This document shows, piece by piece, positions 41,013-48,881 of a DNA stretch of 64,000 bases (position 1 is the first letter of the stretch; each line of letters begins with the position of its first letter). The notes under the pieces were generated by a model that searched no databases, had not been told where the DNA came from, and saw only the letters and a list, made by a program, of their open reading frames with translations. Origin of the DNA: Acidobacteriota bacterium (GTDB lineage: Bacteria > Acidobacteriota > UBA890 > WLXD01); assembly GCA_965248695.1 (NCBI GenBank), contig CBDFKD010000002.1:5697899-5761898 (forward strand), read 5' to 3'. A program made the translations under genes and the position numbers.

Positions 41013-41530
41013 CGTGCCACCCGGACGTTGCCGACCAGCTGCGAGACGGTGCGCTCGGGCTGGTCAACCGCAGCCCGGCCACCGTTCGGGGCAACCAACG
41101 CAGCGCCGCCGGACGAGCTGGCGCGAGCCCACTTGGGGTCGTCGCGATCAAGCCGCCAGACGCCCTGGAACAGACCGACAGGCCGCCACGCGTCTGCATC
41201 CGGATAGAGGAACAGCAGCACGCTCTCACTCTCGGTGAAAGCCGGCGATCCCTGCACCACCAGGCGACGTCCACCGTGGAGACCGCCGGGAGTGCGCACC
41301 GTCAACATACGAGACGCAGTGCCCTTGAAGGCGCGATCCACACGTACGCGCGTCACCGTCTCGATGCTCTTCGCAGTGCGCACCGTTCGCACATTGACCA
41401 CGGTGCCGACGACGATCGCCTCCGCGCCTGCCCGCAGGCTCTTGAGGGTCAGCGCGCGAATGATCGACGCGTCGGCAGCAGTCGCCAGGACCAGCAACGG
41501 CACCAGCGCGCCAAGCGCCAGACGGGACAC
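41009..41530 (-). CDS. Secreted protein resembling the N-terminal/propeptide partner of matrixin-like proteins
   Basis: Signal peptide; LTLKSL...AEAIVVGTV, PGG, GSPAF..ESVLLFL, VGLFQG. Confidence 0.65.
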   Translation of the reverse strand: MSRLALGALVPLLVLATAADASIIRALTLKSLRAGAEAIVVGTVVNVRTVRTAKSIETVTRVRVDRAFKGTASRMLTVRTPGGLHGGRRLVVQGSPAFTESESVLLFLYPDADAWRPVGLFQGVWRLDRDDPKWARASSSGGAALVAPNGGRAAVDQPERTVSQLVGNVRVAR

Positions 41531-41585
41531 AAGACGGCCTCGACGGTCGGACGCTACGAGCGCCCAGGCGTCAGAGCACCGGCGA

Positions 41586-42776
41586 TCAGGACTGGCCGCC
41601 GTAGTAACCCGGCTTGGTGCGAACCTCCCTCGCGCCGTCGGCACGCACTTCGATCTCACGCCACTCGCCTGCCGACGCGGGGTCGGTCGGCCGATACGCG
41701 AGGGCATACTGGCTCTTGAGCTCGTTGGCGATGTCTTCATAGGCGGAAAGCAACTCTCCAAGGGAATCGAGAATGATCGAACGGCCGCCAGTACCGTCGG
41801 CAAACGAACGCAGAGAATCTTCGCCCGGATTCATCATGTCAAAGGACCGCCGCCCGCGTATGTCGCCGGAAATCGCTCCGAAAATACCGATGGTGTAAAC
41901 GCGAACGTCGAGGCGCCGAGCATAGTCGACCGCCTGGTCGACAGAAACCGTCTGGGTTGTGTCGTAGCCGTCCGAAAGCACGATCAAGGCACGCCGCTCC
42001 GGTCGGTCCATCAACACATCTGCGCCTTCCACCACCGCCAGGTTCATGGACGTCGCGCCCCCCGGCACCAGGTCGCCGAGCGCCTCGCGCAGCATCGCTT
42101 GGTTCGCCGTCAGGTCCTGTTGAAGCATCGGGAACGAGTCGAACGTCATCACGAACGCCTCGTCACCGCCGTCGATCTGATCCAGGAACGCCAGCGCCCC
42201 CTGCCTGGCGCGCTCGAGCTTCGCTCCTTCCTGCATGCTTCCGGATGTGTCCAGCAGCAGACCCACGACCATCGGTCTGGGTTCGGAGGAGAAGCTGCTG
42301 ATCGGCTGCCGTTTGCCGTCCTCGTAGACCTCGAAATCATCGGCGTCGAGGTCAGGAACGTAACGCCCTTGCCCGTCGAGCGCGCTCACGTACAGCAGGA
42401 CGGCGTTGACCTCGGCACGAAAGACGGCCGTTTCCAGATCGCGTGTGAGGACAGTGTCGGTCGCCTGGCGCCCGGTGACGTCCACCACCTCGGCGTCGAC
42501 CACGTGCTGGTCAAACTGCTCACCGGAATTCCACTCGACCTCCCACGGCTCCTGCTCGAGGACCGCCAGCACGGCGCCATCGACCCTGATCGTGACGCTC
42601 GAGATGGCCGTATCTCCGACCTGATCCACCTCGATGCGGATCGTCGTCGTGCCGGAAACGTAGGTATCGTTTTCCGGCGAGACAATCCGAACTCTGAGAT
42701 CACCTTGCTGCGAAGCGACCGCCGTAGCGGCCATCGTCAGCGCGAGCAGAACCACTGCGAGGCGTTGGCTTCTCAC
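41586..42776 (-). CDS. Ig-like (Big) + VWA domain protein, Acidobacterial VWFA type
   Basis: DFEVYEDG, MIDAS DTSGSM, LSDG.D, TGGR, QYALAYRP. Confidence 0.88.
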   Translation of the reverse strand: MRSQRLAVVLLALTMAATAVASQQGDLRVRIVSPENDTYVSGTTTIRIEVDQVGDTAISSVTIRVDGAVLAVLEQEPWEVEWNSGEQFDQHVVDAEVVDVTGRQATDTVLTRDLETAVFRAEVNAVLLYVSALDGQGRYVPDLDADDFEVYEDGKRQPISSFSSEPRPMVVGLLLDTSGSMQEGAKLERARQGALAFLDQIDGGDEAFVMTFDSFPMLQQDLTANQAMLREALGDLVPGGATSMNLAVVEGADVLMDRPERRALIVLSDGYDTTQTVSVDQAVDYARRLDVRVYTIGIFGAISGDIRGRRSFDMMNPGEDSLRSFADGTGGRSIILDSLGELLSAYEDIANELKSQYALAYRPTDPASAGEWREIEVRADGAREVRTKPGYYGGQS

Positions 42777-43088
42777 GACTCACCATGTCGCCAGCGACGC
42801 ACGCGTCGCCGCGACAGTACCGGCGCGGGGGGAGATTCAGGGGAGACATTTCCAAGGCTAGCACAGCGGTTGTCGGGCGCTCAAACGGCCATGTCGACGG
42901 ACTGCAGCGGCAGTCCGAGCCAACGACGGAGCGCTGCCCCCGGCGTCGTCATGGAACGGCCTCAGGCGCGGCTCGTCCCCCCCCTGCCAGCGAACACCCT
43001 GCTAGTGTCCTGGACGGAGCTAGTTGCCTCGCGGTCCGCCGGGTCGGCACCGGCAGCCGCGCATCACCACTCGGCGAGGGCGACCGGG

Positions 43089-44393
43089 ATGCGCTTTGTC
43101 GATTTGATCGAACGGAAAAAGAACGGCGGCTTGCTGACAGCCGACGAGATCAGCTGGACGATCACCGCGTACCTCGCCGAGGAGGTACCCGACTATCAGA
43201 TGGCGGCTTTGCTGATGGCGATCCGCTGGCGCGGCCTGGCCGACAGCGAGACCGTGGCATTGACCGACGCGATGGTGGCTTCGGGCGACCGTTACGAGCT
43301 CGACACGCTGGGTGGAACGCTGGTCGACAAGCACAGCACCGGCGGCGTCGGCGACAAGGTGAGTCTGATTCTGGCGCCGCTAGCAGCCGCCGCCGGCTGC
43401 ACCGTGCCGATGGTGTCGGGGCGGGGGCTGGGACACACCGGCGGCACCCTCGACAAGATCGAGAGCATACCGGGGCTCCGAACCGACCTTTCCGCCACCG
43501 CCTTCCACCGGCAACTGGAGCGCATCGGCGTCGCCATGGGCGCCCAGACCGACAGTTTCGTGCCCGCCGACAAGCGACTGTACGCGCTGCGCGACGTTAC
43601 CGGAACCGTCGACGATACCGGTCTCATCACGGCAAGCATTCTGAGCAAGAAGATCGCCGAGGGTGCAACCGCTCTGGTGCTCGACGTGAAAGTCGGTCGC
43701 GGCGCCTTCTTTGCCGCCATCGAAGACGCGCGGGATCTGGCAGATCGGATCGTGGCGGTGGCTAAGCGATCCGGCATGCGCTGTAGCGCGATGATCACCG
43801 ACATGGAGCAGCCCCTCGGCAATGCGGTGGGCAACGCCCTCGAGGTGGCGGAGTCAATTGCCGTGCTGCGCGGTGACGGGCCCACCGATCTGCGCCGTCT
43901 GACGCTGGAGCTGGGAGCGGAGATGCTTCAGCTCGGCGGGCTGGAGGGTGACCACGACGCCGCCCTGCGAAGGGTCACCGACTGCCTCGACAGCGGCGCA
44001 GCAGCAGAGCGCTTCGAAACCCTGGTGCAGGCCCAGGGGGGCGACCCGCGAGTGCTGTCCGACACCAACCTGCTACCGACAGCCCGGCACCGAATCGGAT
44101 TGCAGCCACCGCGATCCGGCTACGTCGCCCGACTCGATGCGAGAGCCATAGGGCTGGCGAGCGTGTGTCTGCGCGCCGGCAGGAATACCCAGGACGAGGT
44201 GCTCGACCTCGGCGCCGGCATCGAGCTTCACGCCAAGTGCGGCACCGAGCTCGACCGCGGCAGAGCATGGGCGACCTTGCATCACGGCCCAACGGCGGAC
44301 GTAGACCGGGCTACCGAGTTAGTGCAAGCTGCGCTTACTGTGGCTGAGATTCCACCCGAACCACGCCCCCTGATCCTAGAGGCGCGCGCATGA
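43089..44393 (+). CDS. pdp: Pyrimidine-nucleoside/thymidine phosphorylase
   Basis: DKHSTGGVGDK, SGRGLGHTGGTLDK, PADKRLYALRDVT, SILSKK. Confidence 0.95.
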   Translation: MRFVDLIERKKNGGLLTADEISWTITAYLAEEVPDYQMAALLMAIRWRGLADSETVALTDAMVASGDRYELDTLGGTLVDKHSTGGVGDKVSLILAPLAAAAGCTVPMVSGRGLGHTGGTLDKIESIPGLRTDLSATAFHRQLERIGVAMGAQTDSFVPADKRLYALRDVTGTVDDTGLITASILSKKIAEGATALVLDVKVGRGAFFAAIEDARDLADRIVAVAKRSGMRCSAMITDMEQPLGNAVGNALEVAESIAVLRGDGPTDLRRLTLELGAEMLQLGGLEGDHDAALRRVTDCLDSGAAAERFETLVQAQGGDPRVLSDTNLLPTARHRIGLQPPRSGYVARLDARAIGLASVCLRAGRNTQDEVLDLGAGIELHAKCGTELDRGRAWATLHHGPTADVDRATELVQAALTVAEIPPEPRPLILEARA

Positions 44394-45769
44394 TTGGCAT
44401 CCTCGGACTCGTAGTGCTGTACGGCATCGTCTACGCGCTCTCCCGGAACCGGGCGGCGGTGAACCCGCGCACGATCGTGTGGGGACTCGGCCTGCAGCTG
44501 ACCTTCGCCGTCATCATCATGAAGACCACGCCGGGTCAGATGGTTTTCTCGGCGCTGGCCGCTGGGGTGACCCGCCTGCTCACTTTCGCGGACGCGGGCT
44601 CGGAATTTGTCTTCGGCGCGCTCGCGCACAGCGATCAATCCGGCTTCGTGCTCGCCTTCCAGGTGCTGCCGGTGGTCGTATTCATCGCCTCCTTCTTCTC
44701 GGTGCTGTACTTCATCGGGCTGATGCAGCGCGTCGTGTTGCTGATGGCCCGTGGCATGCACCGCACGATGAAGGTGTCCGGCTCGGAGTCACTGTCGGCG
44801 GCCGCCAACGTGTTCATGGGGCAGACCGAGGCGCCCATCATCATCGCCCCGTTCATCCCGACGATGACCACCTCGGAGCTCATGGCGCTGATGACCGGCG
44901 GGTTCGCCACGGTCTCGGGCGCTGTCCTGGCCGCCTATATCGGCCTCGGCGTGCGCGCCGACTACCTGCTGTCAGCGAGCGTAATGGCGGCGCCGGCTTC
45001 GCTGATCATGGCCAAGTTGTTGTTTCCCGAGACCGAAACCTCGAAGACTGCGGGCGCGGTTGACATCAACGTCGAAGCGAGCGACGCCAACATCCTCGAC
45101 GCGGCAGCTCGCGGTGCGAGTCAGGGCGTGACCTTGGCGCTCAACATCGCGGGTATGTTGATCGCCTTCCTCGGATTGATCACGCTGATCAACGGCGCCT
45201 TGGGTTTGGCCGGTGGGGCGTTCGCCAGTATCGGCGGCGTCATGCGGCTGAGCGTGGCCCTCATGGCTCTGCTGCTCGCCTACGTGCTGCTCTGGAAGCC
45301 GCCGCGCGAGCGCGCCCTGCGCGCCGGCGCCGGAGTGGCCGCGTTGTTGGTGGCCAGCTGGGCGATCGTCTTGATCCGCGGGCCTGGCGAGTTGCCGCTG
45401 CGGCTCGAGAGCTTGCTCGGCATGGTGTTCGCGCCGCTCGCGTGGGTCATGGGGATCCCATGGGCCGAGGCGAGCTTGGTCGGAGAGCTATTCGGCACCA
45501 AGCTCGTGCTCACGGAGATCGTTGGCTTCCGGCGCATGGTGGAGATGACGGAGGCAGGACTGCTGTCGCCGAAGTCGGAGCTCATCGCCTCCTATGCGCT
45601 CTGCGGATTCGCCAACTTCGCCTCCATCGCCATCCAGATTGGCGGCATCGGCGGACTGGCTCCGAGCCGTAAAGCCGAGCTCGCGCGCATCGGGCCGTGG
45701 GCAATGTTTGCCGGCATGATGTCGTCGTACACCACGGCTACGCTCGCCGGGTTGCTGTCGGGGCTTTGA
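44390..45769 (+). CDS. nupC: CNT-family nucleoside transporter
   Basis: FQVLP, GQTEAP, GFATVSG, MAAPA, CGFANFASIAIQIGG. Confidence 0.93.
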   Translation: MIGILGLVVLYGIVYALSRNRAAVNPRTIVWGLGLQLTFAVIIMKTTPGQMVFSALAAGVTRLLTFADAGSEFVFGALAHSDQSGFVLAFQVLPVVVFIASFFSVLYFIGLMQRVVLLMARGMHRTMKVSGSESLSAAANVFMGQTEAPIIIAPFIPTMTTSELMALMTGGFATVSGAVLAAYIGLGVRADYLLSASVMAAPASLIMAKLLFPETETSKTAGAVDINVEASDANILDAAARGASQGVTLALNIAGMLIAFLGLITLINGALGLAGGAFASIGGVMRLSVALMALLLAYVLLWKPPRERALRAGAGVAALLVASWAIVLIRGPGELPLRLESLLGMVFAPLAWVMGIPWAEASLVGELFGTKLVLTEIVGFRRMVEMTEAGLLSPKSELIASYALCGFANFASIAIQIGGIGGLAPSRKAELARIGPWAMFAGMMSSYTTATLAGLLSGL

Positions 45770-45800
45770 TGCGCGGCACGGCAGTACCCGCGGCGCCTCG

Positions 45801-46670
45801 ATGAGCGGCCTGGCACCGGCGGATCTGGTCGGGCGTCTGGATCTGGCGCGCGACTCCATCGCCGCGCGCGTGCGACTGGCGCCGCGCGTCGGGCTGATTC
45901 TCGGATCAGGGCTCGGCGCCATGGCCGAGACCCTCGACGACGCTTCGGTGATCCCCTACGGCGACATCCCGGGCTGGCCGATCTCCACCGTCGCCGGCCA
46001 CTCCGGACGTCTGGTCATCGGCAAGAGCGAGGGAGTGGCTTTGGCCGTGATGCAAGGACGCGTGCATCTGTATGAGGGATACGCACCGTGGGAAGTCGTA
46101 TTTCCGACGCGTGTGCTGGCCTTGCTGGGATGCGAAGCCCTGATGCTGACCAACGCGGCCGGAGCAGTCAACACCGACTTCGCGCCGGGCGACTTGATGC
46201 TGATCACCGACCACATCAACTTGCAGGGATCGAACCCGTGTGTCGGCCCCAACTTGCAGTCCTTCGGCGAGCGCTTCTTCGATATGAGTCGGGTGTACGA
46301 CCCCGACTACCTCGAGGTGGCCCGGATGACGGCCGTGGGACGGAGCCAGACCCTGCGCGAAGGCGTTTATGCGGCGATGCTTGGGCCATCCTTCGAGACT
46401 CCGTCCGAGATTCGTATGCTACGCACCATGGGCGCAGATGCGGTCGGCATGTCGACCGCCCCCGAAGCCATCGCCGCCGCTCACGCCGGTCTCAAGGTGT
46501 CGGGCTTTTCCTGCATCACCAACATGGCAGCCGGTATCCTCGACCAACCGCTCGACCACGTCGAAGTGATGGAGGTTGGCGAGCGCGTTCGCGACGATCT
46601 GGTCGGGCTTCTTCGCGGCACCATCCTGGGGATCGCCGAGCTCGAAGGCTGGAACAGCGACGATGGTTGA
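45801..46670 (+). CDS. punA: Purine-nucleoside phosphorylase (trimeric type)
   Basis: ILGSGLG, GRVHLYEG, TNAAG, GPSFET, VGMST, TNMAAG. Confidence 0.94.
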   Translation: MSGLAPADLVGRLDLARDSIAARVRLAPRVGLILGSGLGAMAETLDDASVIPYGDIPGWPISTVAGHSGRLVIGKSEGVALAVMQGRVHLYEGYAPWEVVFPTRVLALLGCEALMLTNAAGAVNTDFAPGDLMLITDHINLQGSNPCVGPNLQSFGERFFDMSRVYDPDYLEVARMTAVGRSQTLREGVYAAMLGPSFETPSEIRMLRTMGADAVGMSTAPEAIAAAHAGLKVSGFSCITNMAAGILDQPLDHVEVMEVGERVRDDLVGLLRGTILGIAELEGWNSDDG

Positions 46671-47148
46671 CTACGACGAGGCACGATCGACGCGAGCGCT
46701 TCTCCAGATAGGAGACCTGGAACCCGACCACCGCAAGCTGGTCGAGGCAGCAATCCGCGCCCGCTCACGGGCGCACGCACCGTACTCGCGCTTCAAGGTC
46801 GGAGCCGCCGTCCTGGACGCGGAGCTGAGACAACACCGCGGCTGCAACGTCGAGATCTCCTCCTACGGGCTGACGATGTGTGCTGAGCGCGTGGCCTTGT
46901 TCGCCGCCCGTGCCGCCGGCAGCGCCCCGATCACCGCTCTCGCCGTCGCCGGCCCCGGACACGGATCGCATCCGACCCCGCCGTGCGGAGCCTGCCGGCA
47001 GGTGATCTGGGATCTCGCCGGCGACATTCCGGTCTTGATGGCGACGCTGGACGGGCTGGTCGAGGTCTGGCGTGCCTCGGAGCTACTGCCAGCGGCATTC
47101 GGTCCCGATCACCTCGACAATCCGTCGACACCCGACGAGAACCCATGA
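46663..47148 (+). CDS. cdd: Cytidine deaminase
   Basis: APYSRFKVGAA, GCNVE, CAERVA, PCGACRQ. Confidence 0.93.
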   Translation: MVDYDEARSTRALLQIGDLEPDHRKLVEAAIRARSRAHAPYSRFKVGAAVLDAELRQHRGCNVEISSYGLTMCAERVALFAARAAGSAPITALAVAGPGHGSHPTPPCGACRQVIWDLAGDIPVLMATLDGLVEVWRASELLPAAFGPDHLDNPSTPDENP

Positions 47149-48599
47149 GGGCACGCTGCACCAGGGTCACCTCACTCGTCTTGATGGCGGCCGTGGTGGC
47201 GTACGGATGCGCCGACACCGACAGCACCGGAACCGGCAGCCCGACGAGCGGCGACGAGCAGGACAGGTCCATCGCCGACCTGCTGATCGTTGGCGGCACC
47301 CTGGTCACCATGGATGCCACCCGCAGAGTAATCGCCGACGGCGGCATTGCGGTGGTCGATGGCGCGATTGTCGCGATCGGTACCGCCGACGAGATCGAGG
47401 CCTCGTGGCGAGCCGACGAGCTGATCGTCAACAACGAGCATGATCTCGTCACGCCCGGACTGATCAACGGCCACGGTCACGCCGCCATGGTTCTGCTGCG
47501 CGGAATCGCCGACGACCTGGCGCTGATGGACTGGCTGGAGAACTACATCTTTCCGGCCGAGGCGGCGACAGTGACCGCGGAGTTCGTGCGCGCCGGCACG
47601 CAACTGGCCGCGCTGGAGATGATTCGCACCGGTACCACGACGTTCGTCGACATGTACTACTTCGAGGACGAGGTCGCCAAGGTAGTCGACGAGTCCGGCA
47701 TGCGGGCCATCGTCGGCGAGTCGGTCCTGGAGTTTCCGGTGCCCGACGCTGACTCGGTCGACGAGGCGCTGGCGTATACGCGCGAGCTGATCCTCAAGTG
47801 GAAGGACCACCCGAGAGTTACGGCCACGGCGGCCCCGCACGCGCCGTACACACTGCAACCCGAGACGTTGCAGCGCACCGTCGCTCTGACGCGTGAGCTC
47901 GGGGTCCCGGTGTTGATCCACCTGGCCGAGACCAGCGATGAAGTACGACAGATCCGTGAACGCTACAACCGCACCCCCACCGAGCACCTCGAGGCGATCG
48001 GCTTTCTGGGTCCCGACGTGATCGCGGCGCACGCCGTTTGGCTCGAGGATCGCGACATCCAGATCTTGGCGCGCCATGACGTCGGTGTCGTACACAACCC
48101 CGAGAGCAACATGAAGCTCGCCTCGGGCACCATGCGCGTGGAGGATCTGCTGAATGCCGGTGTGGCGGTGAGCCTGGGAACCGACGGGGCAGCTTCAAAC
48201 AACGATCTCGACATGTTCGGCGCCGTATTTCTCGCACCCCTGCTTCAGAAACATGTCCGCATCGACCCGACCGCTCTCCCGGCCGTGGAGGCCTTTGCGA
48301 TGGCAACCATCGGCGGCGCACGCGCCCTGGGATTGGAGAGGCAGATCGGTTCGCTCGAGGTAGGGAAACGCGCCGATTTGGTCGTCGTGTCGGGCGACAT
48401 ACCGAGCCTCGTGCCGCGCTACGACCCCTACTCGCATCTCACCTATGCGGCCCGCGGCGACGCCGTGCGCACCACCATCGTGGACGGTCAGGTTCTGTTC
48501 AGAGATGGGGTGTTTTCGACCCTCGACCGCGAGGCGATACTGAGAACGGCACGAGCGCTGCGCGAGCGCATCGAGTCGGCGGTGGCGAGCGCCCGATAG
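47145..48599 (+). CDS. MTA/SAH deaminase-like amidohydrolase with lipoprotein signal
   Basis: PGLINGHGH, DMYY, PHAPYT, HLAET, HNPESNMKLASG, GTDGAASNN; N-terminal ...VVAYGC lipobox. Confidence 0.87.
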   Translation: MRARCTRVTSLVLMAAVVAYGCADTDSTGTGSPTSGDEQDRSIADLLIVGGTLVTMDATRRVIADGGIAVVDGAIVAIGTADEIEASWRADELIVNNEHDLVTPGLINGHGHAAMVLLRGIADDLALMDWLENYIFPAEAATVTAEFVRAGTQLAALEMIRTGTTTFVDMYYFEDEVAKVVDESGMRAIVGESVLEFPVPDADSVDEALAYTRELILKWKDHPRVTATAAPHAPYTLQPETLQRTVALTRELGVPVLIHLAETSDEVRQIRERYNRTPTEHLEAIGFLGPDVIAAHAVWLEDRDIQILARHDVGVVHNPESNMKLASGTMRVEDLLNAGVAVSLGTDGAASNNDLDMFGAVFLAPLLQKHVRIDPTALPAVEAFAMATIGGARALGLERQIGSLEVGKRADLVVVSGDIPSLVPRYDPYSHLTYAARGDAVRTTIVDGQVLFRDGVFSTLDREAILRTARALRERIESAVASAR

Positions 48600-48660
48600 A
48601 CGCCATCAGGCGCGCCGACGGGAAATGTCGTGAATCGCCTCTGTAGACAAGCAGATTGCC

Positions 48661-48688
48661 TTGACACCACGGCCCATCGGCATAGCAT
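48661..48688 (+). promoter_or_regulatory. Sigma70-like promoter for the TonB receptor
   Basis: TTGACA-16-TAGCAT. Confidence 0.5.
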
Positions 48689-48881
48689 CAGACGCAGACG
48701 GGTAGGGGCTATCCGTCTTGCGTTACGCAACCCTCCCCCCGGGAACGCAAGCTTGTGGGTTCGAAGTCAACAACTTCGAAATATTGTGGTTTCGAGCATC
48801 GGCGGCTGGCCGACGCTCGCGGGGGTAACACGATTAGGCGAGCGTTTTGTCGTTCGCCGTTCTTCCGAACGGGAGGCAGAT

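Noticed and set aside
41235-43088. 1052-aa fusion extending thymidine phosphorylase
   Set aside because: The N-terminal part is an antisense shadow of the VWA gene; family similarity starts at ATG 43089.
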